This document shows, one piece after another, positions 28,308-37,029 of a stretch of 45,985 bases of DNA (the first letter of the stretch is position 1; each line of letters starts with the position of its first letter). The DNA is from a plasmid: sequence record CP052943.1; one strand, given 5' to 3'. The position numbers and the translations under genes are program-made. The notes beneath the pieces are model-generated. The model was not told the origin of the DNA. It ran no database searches and saw only the letters and a program-made list of their open reading frames with translations.

Positions 28308-30486
28308 TTGAATTCTCTCCTTTCGGATTATTATTAGCGAAATCGAAAACCACTTTGTTATTGTCGATTTTTAAACAGGCTTCAAAAGACTTGTTATTTC
28401 TTGATTTAAAGCCTTTGAGTTTTGAGGTTTTTTGATAATTTACTAATTCTTTAATTTCACGATCTCGTAGTTTTCTATGAGACATTTCACTCCAAATGAC
28501 AAAGTCGCAAGAACTAGAACTACAAGGATAAAAAATTTTGCCCTTTTTGGTTTTACGTTTAACGATTTTTCCTTGTTTACAAACAGGGCATTTACCAAAA
28601 TCATCAGTCACTTTTTCTACATCTGAACTAGATATATTATTGTCAATGTATGACGGTAATTGATTAGAAAAATCTACAATAAATTCTTTTATCTTTTCTA
28701 TAAAAGTTTCTCTTTTCATTGATTGTTGAGATATAGACTTTAAATTCTTTTCCCAGTCTGCTGTCATTTTTACGCTAGAAATATCTGTGCCATCTAAAGC
28801 TTGACATAAGAAAGTTCCTTTATCCGTCATATATAGTTTGTTTTTGCTAACTTTCAAATATTCTTTTGAAATTAGAGAAGCAACAATTTGACTTCGAGTT
28901 GCTGGTGTACCTATACCATCTGATAAGTTGGTTTTATCTTCATCTTCATCAACAAGTTTTCCGCAATTTTCCATTAAACCACCTTCGCCTCCTAATGATG
29001 CTTCTGTTAAATGTTTAGGAGGTGTCGTTTCTTTCTTTTCAATTTGTAAAACTAAAGGTGTTTCATCTGTAAATTTCCAACCTTTAGTATAAGAAGGTAA
29101 TAATTTGTTATCTTCTTTCTCGCTTGATATAACTTCTTTCCAACCTGATTGAATAACAGTTTGTCCTCTAGTAGTAAATTCGAGGTCTTGAACACTTACA
29201 TTCACGTTTGTTTGTTTATATTCATAGTCTCCAGCAAACATGCCTAGCGTATGTTCTAAAATTGATTGATAGATATTTTGTTGCTCTGTTGAAAAAGATT
29301 CGAAATCTTGTTTTGATGGTATGGTTTTAGTAACGATAATGGCGTAATGTTCTAATACTTTTTCGTCATTGACATATTTATTTCTAGGTTGGTTATTTTT
29401 AATTTCAAATGGCTTATCAAGTAGCTTTTTATAAGACTGTAGATTATCACTTAAGTAGCTAAATTCAGCTTGTGTAATATAATTACAATCTGTTCTTGGA
29501 TAAGACACGTAACCTTTATCATAAAGTGATTGAACCACTGATAGAGTACGCTTTAAGCTATATCCCCATTTACGATTAGCTAGATTTTGAATACCACCTA
29601 ATTTTAATAAAGAGGGGGACGATTTTGTTTTAATCTTTGATTGTATATCTTCAATGGTGCCTTCTTGGTTATCATCTATTTTTATATTTCTTTCACTTAA
29701 ATATGCTAAGGCGTCTTCTTTAGATGGAAATTTATGTTTATCCTTGTCTTTGAATGTTACTTGGTTCACTCTGTCATAAGCACTCAATGTGTAGTAATTT
29801 TCTTTTTTAAAATTCTTGATAGCTTTTTCTCTCTCATAAACCATAAATAGAGTTGGTGTTTGGACACGTCCTACCGTATATAGGCCAGTTATACCTTTAT
29901 TTCTTAATAGTAAGGTGAGTTGTACTGTAAAGTTAAAACCTATTAGATTATCTGCGATTGCTCTTGCATCAGCTTCTAAGTATAGAGGAAATGTTTCTTT
30001 ACTTGCTTTTAGATTTTGAAAATAATTTTTTAGTTCCTGTGGTTCTTGAGTATTAGCCCACAAACGTTTTATAGGAATATTATTATTTTTTACATGAGGA
30101 ATAAAATTCAATATACTATATGCGATATTTTCTCCTTCTCGTTCAGGATCAGTTGCAATAATAATTGAATCTCTTGTTTCAGTGAGGTTCTTCTCAACTA
30201 ACTTCTTAATGGCATAAAATTGAGAAGAAGTATAAGGTAGTACTTTTCTTTTCATTTTAGAGGGTAAAAATGGATAGTCAGATAAATTCCATTTCTCATA
30301 TTTCTTATCGTATTCTTTAAAGTCACATAAACCTACTAAATGACCTTTAGCCCAAGTAACGATGGTATAATCATTTAGAATAGGGCTAAATCCTTCGATA
30401 CAATCATGTTGATTTTTGCTAACTTCTAATGCTTTTGCATACTTCTTACCTTGATTAGGCTTTTCAGCTAAAACTAAAGTAGTCAT
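28300..30486 (-). CDS. topB: DNA topoisomerase III (type IA) with C-terminal zinc ribbons
   Basis: TOPRIM N-terminus LVLAEKPNQ, active-site Tyr GYVSYPRTD, C-terminal CPVCKQG...CSSSSCDF. Confidence 0.8.
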   Translation of the reverse strand: MTTLVLAEKPNQGKKYAKALEVSKNQHDCIEGFSPILNDYTIVTWAKGHLVGLCDFKEYDKKYEKWNLSDYPFLPSKMKRKVLPYTSSQFYAIKKLVEKNLTETRDSIIIATDPEREGENIAYSILNFIPHVKNNNIPIKRLWANTQEPQELKNYFQNLKASKETFPLYLEADARAIADNLIGFNFTVQLTLLLRNKGITGLYTVGRVQTPTLFMVYEREKAIKNFKKENYYTLSAYDRVNQVTFKDKDKHKFPSKEDALAYLSERNIKIDDNQEGTIEDIQSKIKTKSSPSLLKLGGIQNLANRKWGYSLKRTLSVVQSLYDKGYVSYPRTDCNYITQAEFSYLSDNLQSYKKLLDKPFEIKNNQPRNKYVNDEKVLEHYAIIVTKTIPSKQDFESFSTEQQNIYQSILEHTLGMFAGDYEYKQTNVNVSVQDLEFTTRGQTVIQSGWKEVISSEKEDNKLLPSYTKGWKFTDETPLVLQIEKKETTPPKHLTEASLGGEGGLMENCGKLVDEDEDKTNLSDGIGTPATRSQIVASLISKEYLKVSKNKLYMTDKGTFLCQALDGTDISSVKMTADWEKNLKSISQQSMKRETFIEKIKEFIVDFSNQLPSYIDNNISSSDVEKVTDDFGKCPVCKQGKIVKRKTKKGKIFYPCSSSSCDFVIWSEMSHRKLRDREIKELVNYQKTSKLKGFKSRNNKSFEACLKIDNNKVVFDFANNNPKGENSNG

Positions 30487-30512
30487 AAATTTAATTCACA
30501 CCTTTTTGTTTT

Positions 30513-31862
30513 TTAAATACTCATATGGTCTTCTTGCTCTTTAAGATTTCTCTCAATATTTCTTTCCAGTTTTTGACGCTCTATATCATGGATATAGTTA
30601 TTTCTTTTTCTTGCTGTATTTCTAGATAACTGATATAGACTTTGTCGAATTCCTGTTATCGCTTGCTTGAAATTTCTCACACTTTTTTGACGCTCGCGAT
30701 TGTTCGTTTGCTTTATATTCTTATTATACGGTTTTTCTCTTGGTTGTTGAAGTTTTCCTTTTTTCTCTTGTTTTTCCTTTTCTTTTGTTTTTAGTTCTTT
30801 TAGGAAAGCATTACCCACATCACTTTTTAATCGATCTTTTTTATTCTTTTTATAATCATTATATTTTGAATTCTCTCCATAAAGTCTCTTATAGTTACTT
30901 GCTTGTTGATCTAAGATTTCATCTACTCTTTTCTCACTTTCACTATAAAATTGTGAAACATAATTATCAATATATTGATCAATTTCAGATTGAATGGGTT
31001 TAATCTTTTTAGAATTATATGACCATGTTTCGTTTAGTGGAGGTAATTTTTCAACTAAATCATCTAAGTCTTTTTTTTGTTTTAAAATTGATTTAATAGA
31101 GTAAGAATGATACTTTCTGTTTTTTATTTTCTCTTTGACGTTATCTTTCATCTCTTTTTTTAATTCATCAAATTCTTTCAATAGTCCAATATCTTGGTTA
31201 ATTGAGTTAGCAAAAGTACTTTTCATATTTCTAATTGTTTTAGAAGTTCTTTTACCTTTATATTGTCCTTTGAATTTTCCTTCTTTTATAGTTGTTCGTG
31301 TGTTTTTTTCTTCGGAAGTAGCTATATGGATATGAATATTGTCAGTATCATAATGAATATTCGCGCACCAAAATGTATGATTTTTATCCATTTTATTATC
31401 TTTAATCATTTGATTAATCATTCGACGAGTGGCTTTTTTTATTTTTGGTTCGTCTAATTTATCTAATGATTCATTAAATAAATGATTATCTTTAAGAAAT
31501 TGATTATCGAAAGATACAACATCTTGATACATGACATGATTCTTTTTATTTGCTTCTTGAAACTTATCTTTTAATCTGTTCATCTCTTTTTCTTCGATGA
31601 ATTCATGTTCAGAATTAAAGCTCATAGTTGTTCTTTTTTTTACATTTTCTTTATTATATCCTTGTTTCTTTTTTAATTTATCTACTGACATATAATCAAG
31701 ATACTTATCAAAAAGATTGTTTTCTATATCTGGTTTTTTAACATTTTTTTTATTCTTTTCTGTGCTAATATAGTTGATAAATTTCTTATAACTTTCTCCC
31801 TTTGAACTACCAACTTTAAAATCAGAAATTAAATTAATAGCCGGACTAGTTTTTTCGCTCAT
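30513..31862 (-). CDS. HUH relaxase (MOBQ/MOBP-like) with 3-His motif
   Basis: HYDTDNIHIHIA (HxDx..HxH), N-terminal Tyr-containing region; basic C-terminus. Confidence 0.7.
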   Translation of the reverse strand: MSEKTSPAINLISDFKVGSSKGESYKKFINYISTEKNKKNVKKPDIENNLFDKYLDYMSVDKLKKKQGYNKENVKKRTTMSFNSEHEFIEEKEMNRLKDKFQEANKKNHVMYQDVVSFDNQFLKDNHLFNESLDKLDEPKIKKATRRMINQMIKDNKMDKNHTFWCANIHYDTDNIHIHIATSEEKNTRTTIKEGKFKGQYKGKRTSKTIRNMKSTFANSINQDIGLLKEFDELKKEMKDNVKEKIKNRKYHSYSIKSILKQKKDLDDLVEKLPPLNETWSYNSKKIKPIQSEIDQYIDNYVSQFYSESEKRVDEILDQQASNYKRLYGENSKYNDYKKNKKDRLKSDVGNAFLKELKTKEKEKQEKKGKLQQPREKPYNKNIKQTNNRERQKSVRNFKQAITGIRQSLYQLSRNTARKRNNYIHDIERQKLERNIERNLKEQEDHMSI

Positions 31863-31873
31863 TTAAATCACAC

Positions 31874-32257
31874 CTAAAATTCTCTTTTATTTGCAAGATA
31901 ATGTTTAGATCTATTAACAGCTGATTGATAGTGATCATTAATATGATTTCTTAAATCTTTCATGCTAGCAGTTGTAACAGCTTTTTCTTCCGAAATGTCA
32001 GCTAACATATGTAAAGCAACTAAAATATTGAAATCAGCCCCGTTTAATTTTTTCTTTATATAGCTAAGATCATCGATGATTTTTTGATGATTTTCATCTT
32101 CTTTATTTTCATTATTTTTGTTTTCATTTTTGATATAGTAGTCAATTAAAAAGCCAATACTTGAAGATAAAGTTGATTTATTAGTATCTCTTTGAATCAT
32201 CTTTAACTTATCATCATAAAGTTGATTTAAGTAGAAACTTCTTTTGATTTTTCTCAT
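31874..32257 (-). CDS. MobC-like RHH relaxosome accessory protein
   Basis: KRSFYLNQLYDDKLKMIQRDTNKSTLSSSIGFLIDYY matches the MobC RHH pattern. Confidence 0.55.
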   Translation of the reverse strand: MRKIKRSFYLNQLYDDKLKMIQRDTNKSTLSSSIGFLIDYYIKNENKNNENKEDENHQKIIDDLSYIKKKLNGADFNILVALHMLADISEEKAVTTASMKDLRNHINDHYQSAVNRSKHYLANKREF

Positions 32258-32258
32258 T

Positions 32259-32537
32259 TTATTCCTCCTCTATAGCTTGAAAAATATTTTGCTGATACTC
32301 TAATAGTTCAATCATATATGTTTGGTTTTTCATGACTTCAAGTAATATTTCTTTTAAATCTGAGTTAAAATTAATACTCATTTCATTTTCTAATTTCTTA
32401 GAATAATAGTCTTTAATTATATCTATATAAAGATCATTGACTGAAAGATTTTTATTTTTTGCTTCAGCCTGAACTTGATCATCTAGGATGACAGGCAAGT
32501 TATTTAGAGTTCGTCTTTTCATTCCATTTTCATTCAA
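32259..32537 (-). CDS. Ribbon-helix-helix DNA-binding protein, first gene of relaxase operon
   Basis: RRTLNNLPVILDDQVQAEAKNKNLSVNDLYIDIIKDY. Confidence 0.5.
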   Translation of the reverse strand: MNENGMKRRTLNNLPVILDDQVQAEAKNKNLSVNDLYIDIIKDYYSKKLENEMSINFNSDLKEILLEVMKNQTYMIELLEYQQNIFQAIEEE

Positions 32538-32640
32538 AAATCATTCCACCTCTTATTTGATAGAGCGTTTAAATTCAAAAAACTTTTCTATCTTAATTTT
32601 TTCTTTATTAAACAGTTTAGATTAATAACAGTCAGTTTAA

Positions 32641-32880
32641 TGAGCTGCGTAGCTCTGTTATGTATACCAAATGGAGACAAAATAAACTTAATTTGTATAC
32701 CGAATGGATACCTTTTTATGTCTCTATTCGGTATACATTTACGGATTTTAGGGGTTTTTTAGTCTCTATTTGGTATATATTATGTTATTAAATCTATTAT
32801 TTATACGCACATATAGTAATCCAATTTGACACTGTCAAATTAATGTTTTCAACAAAAAGTCTACCTAATGGAGACTTTTT
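32641..32880. promoter_or_regulatory. Candidate oriT/operator: four copies of 17-bp GTATACCRAATRGAGAC (two direct, two inverted), a fifth degenerate copy in a hairpin, and a perfect 7/1/7 palindrome
   Basis: 32662-32678 and 32695-32711 (+), 32720-32736 and 32762-32778 (inverted); tttgacactgtcaaa 32825-32839; aaaaagtctacctaatggagacttttt 32854-32880; hairpin gagctgcgtagctc 32642-32655. Confidence 0.5.
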
Positions 32881-33009
32881 GTGCAGATTACTCTTATGCT
32901 CTTTAAATTGGTATAGTTTCATTATACACTATCAGATTTAAGTATTCAAACATGTGCATCCCTTTGATGGATTACATATATCCATTTATTTTTAGTTAAT
33001 AACACAAAA

Positions 33010-33052
33010 AAGTAGTCGTCCGATTTTTTCAAACAACTACTTTTTAACTAGA
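33010..33052. terminator. Bidirectional terminator hairpin after the 134-aa gene
   Basis: aaaaagtagtcgtccgattttttcaaacaactacttttt. Confidence 0.5.
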
Positions 33053-33111
33053 AATTTTAAATTTAAATTACTCATGCCATTCATCTATTAGTTCATTTAA
33101 TCTATCGTCAA

Positions 33112-33516
33112 TTAATCATTGTTCCATTCTTCATATAATTCCTCGTAATCTTTATCGACAAAAACTAAATCATCAAAATTCAGATGAGATGTTACTTTAG
33201 TTACTTCATTTAAATCTTCAAATTTTTCAATTGTTATATTACTAAAAGTTCCAATTTTATCTGTATGATTTATTTTATATTTAAAACTTACTTCTTGAAT
33301 CATTTGTAATTGTTCAAGGTCTAAAATCACTTCAACTTCAATTTTTTCTTCATCACCTAATGTAGTATAAGCTAACGGAGTTCTTAAATTTTTATCAAAA
33401 ATTTCTTCGTTTATTTCAAATTTTTCTTCAAATTCTCTTGTTCTATAGTCCTTTATATTTTCGCAAATTAATAGATAATTCATGATAAAATCTGTCGTAT
33501 TGTTTACTTTTTCCAT
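33112..33516 (-). CDS. Small, strongly acidic cytoplasmic protein (134 aa), cargo of repeat copy 1
   Basis: SD ggagg plus 9 nt plus ATG embedded in the repeat; D/E-rich (ends EELYEEWNND). Confidence 0.6.
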   Translation of the reverse strand: MEKVNNTTDFIMNYLLICENIKDYRTREFEEKFEINEEIFDKNLRTPLAYTTLGDEEKIEVEVILDLEQLQMIQEVSFKYKINHTDKIGTFSNITIEKFEDLNEVTKVTSHLNFDDLVFVDKDYEELYEEWNND

Positions 33517-33518
33517 TA

Positions 33519-33780
33519 AAAAATACCTCCAATTTTTTATTATTTAATTTATTTTTGCTGTGTTGCAAAGCCACTGCAACAAGTCGTTATGAATGATTAC
33601 AAGGATAAAAGCTATAAATTTTTCGACTGGCTTTCAAGCCACTAAGGAAAAATTTTGCGCCTTGTAATCATGAATAGACTTGTTAAAAGCATCATCAAAG
33701 ATGATGCGTGTGAGCGTGCCAACACAAAAAAATAAATAATAAAAATTTATAATAAAAAGGAAAGTGATACCTCACTTTCC
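33519..33780 (-). repeat. Structured leader repeat, copy 1 (terminator hairpin, AT-rich tract, nested inverted repeats, SD)
   Basis: ggaaagtgatacctcactttcc 33759-33780; 12-bp long-range IR atgattacaagg/ccttgtaatcat (33593-33604/33660-33671); tgttgcaaagccactgcaaca 33561-33581; gcatcatcaaagatgatgc 33689-33707. Confidence 0.75.
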
Positions 33781-33935
33781 TACAGTGTTATATTAATTTC
33801 AGTAATATAAATGATCTATTTGATTAGATCATTTATTCATTTTTCAACTTAAATAAATGACAGTTTATTTGAGTTGACTTTATTATTATATTTAGACAAT
33901 TGATAAAACCCCCGTTTATTTAGGGGGCTAATTTC

Positions 33936-34598
33936 TTATTTAACTATTTCTATTCTTTTATTTAAACATTCATTTTCGCAATTGTATTGGTCAAGTAGTT
34001 GTTCTAAAACAATTAATTCTAATACTCCATTATCTAAAGCATTTTTTTGTTTTTTCAATTCACTTAAATAATCTAATTTCCATTCAATTAGTTCTGCTCC
34101 TGTATAATTAGCTCTAATAAATTCTGTTTCTTCTATTAATAAATTTATGATGAAATCTTCAATTTCATGTGGTTTTAATTCAACTAATTTAGTTGCTTGT
34201 TCATCTTTATAAAATTCTAGCTTTAACTTCTGAAAATTAGTTTGATAATTTTTGAAACCATACTTACTAATATAACGATTGATTAATGCTTCATCTGATG
34301 GGTCAATCTCAATTGTATTAACTTCATAATGATTAGGTGTTAAGTCATTATATATATTAAGAAATTGCTTTAAATTTGATAAATCAACTTGTGGTTTTTG
34401 CAATATTTCATAAAGTTTTATCAATTCGTCATAATGATACTCCAATTGTTCATCAATTGTATAATGCTTATCTATTTCATCTTTTAATGAGACAAAAAGT
34501 TCTTTCATAGCATCAAATAATTCATCTTCTAAATAATTACCAAAAATATCAACTTCATCAATTGTAATAACATTTAATTCTACTAATTGTTCAGTCAC
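33936..34598 (-). CDS. Acidic cytoplasmic protein (about 220 aa), cargo of repeat copy 2; GTG start at 34598
   Basis: SD cctcc (34606-34610, minus-sense ggagg), 8-nt spacer, GTG; ORF track extends to 34613 but that codon lies upstream of the SD. Confidence 0.55.
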   Translation of the reverse strand: MTEQLVELNVITIDEVDIFGNYLEDELFDAMKELFVSLKDEIDKHYTIDEQLEYHYDELIKLYEILQKPQVDLSNLKQFLNIYNDLTPNHYEVNTIEIDPSDEALINRYISKYGFKNYQTNFQKLKLEFYKDEQATKLVELKPHEIEDFIINLLIEETEFIRANYTGAELIEWKLDYLSELKKQKNALDNGVLELIVLEQLLDQYNCENECLNKRIEIVK

Positions 34599-34600
34599 TT

Positions 34601-34861
34601 TAAATACCTCCACTTTTTTTATTATTTAATTTATTTTTGCTGTGTTGCAAAGCCACTGCAACAAGTCGTTATGAATGATTACAAGGATAAAAGCTATAAA
34701 TTTTTCGACTGGCTTTCAAGCCACTAAGGAAAAATTTTGCGCCTTGTAATCATGAATAGACTTGTTAAAAGCATCATCAAAGATGATGCGTGTGAGCGTG
34801 CCAACACAAAAAAATAAATAATAAAAATTCATAATAAAAGGAAAGTGATACCTCACTTTCC
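34601..34861 (-). repeat. Structured leader repeat, copy 2, near-identical to copy 1
   Basis: Same IRs; terminator hairpin 34840-34861; extra perfect hairpin aaggtgctaatgaagattcattagcacctt 34898-34927 just outside. Confidence 0.75.
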
Positions 34862-35452
34862 ATCATTTTCGTTCGTATTTTCCTATAGAAAATACACAAG
34901 GTGCTAATGAAGATTCATTAGCACCTTGCCATTAAAATACTGATTTATTTTATTTCTGTCTTTATCAGGTAAGATTTGCACAATTTGAATGAATTCTGAT
35001 TGATTATTCTTATCCTTTAATGGTTTAAAAGTTATATTACTCATATACACGTGATAGTTTAAATGCTATCAAATTTCATCTTCCTTTCTCATAGAAAATA
35101 CTGATATTTACACTCGCTCATATTCTCTTGTTTTTCTTCTCTAATTAGGGAGTATTCTAGAAAAACACTTACACTAGCTAATAAAATATTCAATGATTTT
35201 AACAATATAATACTTTTTCTTCTCATTTGAATTCTCCTTGTTAAATGATATAATAAAATCAAATTGAAGGAGGAGTTAGGGCTCCTCCTTACTGAACTAG
35301 TCTACTAATTCAGTAATTAAAGTTATTATTGCTCTTAATAAGTTAATTAAGCTTATTAGGAGCTTTTTTGTTGATTCTTTCAATGTGGAGCCAACCTCCT
35401 TCAAATTAATCTCTCACTACCCAGCCAACCACCACATAGTGAGAATGGCATC

Positions 35453-35714
35453 ACCTCCTTTTCTTTTTTTATTATTTATTTAATTTTTTCTGTGTTGCAA
35501 AGCCACTGCAACAAGTCGTTATGATTGATTACAAGGATAAAAGCTATAAAATTTTTCGACTGGCTTACAAGCCATAAAGAAAAAATTTATGCGCCTTGTA
35601 ATCATGAATAGACTTGTTAAAAGCATCATCAAAGATGATGCGTGTGAGCGTGCTAACACAAAAAAATAAATAATAAAATTTCATAATAAAAAGGAAAGTG
35701 ATACTTCACTTTCC
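35453..35714 (-). repeat. Structured leader repeat, copy 3 (diverged; no intact downstream cargo gene)
   Basis: Point differences including in the terminator stem and one arm of the long IR; downstream only micro-ORFs. Confidence 0.65.
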
Positions 35715-35925
35715 TTCATTTTCATTCGTATTTTCATTTAGAAAATACACAAGGTGCTAATAATGAAAATTCATTAGCACCTTGCCATTAAAGTATTAAT
35801 TAAACTTCTTTACTTGAATTAAATTATTATATGTATTAGATTGATAACGTTAAAGACAAAGCATCTGATGTTGTTGACAAGTTTAAAAAGTAAAATCTTA
35901 AGCCACTCATATAGAGTGGCTTTTC

Positions 35926-36324
35926 TTATTCAATATCTTTTATATTTTTCATGGGTATTTCCATGGTCTCGTTCCCATCTTCGTTACTAATAATAATAAC
36001 TTGATTGAGTGTATCTACCGTTTTAATGTAAGCCTCATGCTGGTAATAATAACCTTGCTTCCAATAAGTCACAATTGCTTTTTCTTTAAAGAATTTTTTC
36101 CAGTTTACTTTTTCATTTAGAACATTAAGTTGATCGTCTAAAATCGTAGGACGTTCTGTTTTATTTTGATCTTCCATATATTGTTCTATTTGTTGATATT
36201 GCTCAGGAATTGTCTTAAAAGCTAGCCACTTAACAAACCCTCTGCCTTCAGGAACATTAGAATCTAAATACTCTCTAGGAATCTTACGATAATCCGTTTC
36301 ATCCTTATATTGTTTAGGAATCAT
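35926..36324 (-). CDS. YolD-like (UmuD-analogue family) protein, tentative
   Basis: ATG at 36324 with SD gagg 9 nt upstream; size and KWLAFKTIPEQ...VTYWKQGYYYQHEAYIKTVD...IIISNEDG resemble the YolD-like family from memory. Confidence 0.35.
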   Translation of the reverse strand: MIPKQYKDETDYRKIPREYLDSNVPEGRGFVKWLAFKTIPEQYQQIEQYMEDQNKTERPTILDDQLNVLNEKVNWKKFFKEKAIVTYWKQGYYYQHEAYIKTVDTLNQVIIISNEDGNETMEIPMKNIKDIE

Positions 36325-36426
36325 ATACAAACACCTCAACCATATAATAGAACGTACGTTCGTATATGTAAACCCTCTCCTTCATATAAAATGGCTTTCA
36401 AAATTTTGAATGTGTTTTACTCAATT

Positions 36427-36456
36427 TTGACGTACGTTAATAGCGTACGGTATAAT
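36427..36456 (+). promoter_or_regulatory. Promoter of TA operon (TTGACG-N18-TATAAT) overlapping cgtacg palindromic operators
   Basis: ttgacgtacgttaatagcgtacggtataat; a further cgtacg at 36349. Confidence 0.5.
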
Positions 36457-36489
36457 ATATATATATAACAAATAAAGGGGGGTCTTTGA

Positions 36490-36747
36490 ATGAAAAGTAA
36501 AACACCAACAGAAGCTCGTAAAGATTTTTATCAGTTATTAAAACGTGTGAATAATGACCATGAACCAGTATATATTGAAGGCAAATATGATGAGAGTAAT
36601 GCTGTTATTATAGGCATGGAAGATTGGCGTAGCATTAATGAAACGATATATCTTGAGGCTACAGGCACAATGGACAAAGTTAGAGAACGTGAGCATGACA
36701 ACAGTGGTTATACAAACATAGATGATATTGATTGGGCTAGACTTTAA
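36490..36747 (+). CDS. axe: Phd/YefM-family antitoxin (Axe-like)
   Basis: 85 aa, ARKDFYQLLKRVNNDHEPVYIEG typical YefM N-terminus; overlaps toxin start. Confidence 0.75.
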   Translation: MKSKTPTEARKDFYQLLKRVNNDHEPVYIEGKYDESNAVIIGMEDWRSINETIYLEATGTMDKVREREHDNSGYTNIDDIDWARL

Positions 36748-37013
36748 TGGCTAAATATAAAATCAACATAAAGAATTCAGCAAAGACAGATTTAAAGAAG
36801 ATAAAACGTTCTCACTTACAAGAGCAATTTTTGAAAATCGTAGAAATACTAAAATATGATCCATATCAACAAAGTCAATCCTTTGAAAAATTGCACCCTA
36901 AACATTTAGGACGATACTCAAGACGTATCAATCATCAACATAGAGTTGTCTATACAATTGATGAGGAAAATAAAGAAGTATTAATATTAGCAGCTTGGTC
37001 TCATTATGAATGA
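36747..37013 (+). CDS. txe: YoeB/Txe-family toxin (mRNA interferase)
   Basis: 88 aa; KLHPKHLGRYSRRINHQHRVVYTIDEENKEVLILAAWSHY matches the YoeB C-terminal catalytic region. Confidence 0.75.
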   Translation: MAKYKINIKNSAKTDLKKIKRSHLQEQFLKIVEILKYDPYQQSQSFEKLHPKHLGRYSRRINHQHRVVYTIDEENKEVLILAAWSHYE

Positions 37014-37029
37014 AAAGGAGGACTCGTTA

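Noticed and set aside
28300-30486. Topoisomerase I versus III
   Set aside because: Called III because of operon context with a relaxase (typical of Gram-positive conjugative plasmids) and GYVSYPRTD-type active site. The distinction cannot be made rigorously without alignment, so only the type IA call is firm.
30740-31457. Plus-strand ORFs antisense to the relaxase gene
   Set aside because: Inside a gene with a clear HUH 3-His motif on the other strand.
35089-35440. Possible small peptides downstream of repeat copy 3 (for example a TTG-initiated 28-aa amphipathic peptide MKESTKKLLISLINLLRAIITLITELVD; an ATG directly after GGAGGTG)
   Set aside because: On re-reading the sequence the longer candidate collapses to 17 codons. 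The remaining ORFs have non-canonical starts or impossible SD spacing (2 nt). Insufficient evidence to call genes; more likely the cargo of copy 3 has decayed.
33519-35714. Triplicated repeat as a MITE/IS remnant or as three oriT copies
   Set aside because: No terminal inverted repeats at unit ends and no target-site duplications. Each unit is positioned as a 5' leader with its own terminator and an SD fused to a start codon, favouring a regulatory or promoter role. The oriT-mimic idea cannot be fully excluded and is listed as an alternative test.
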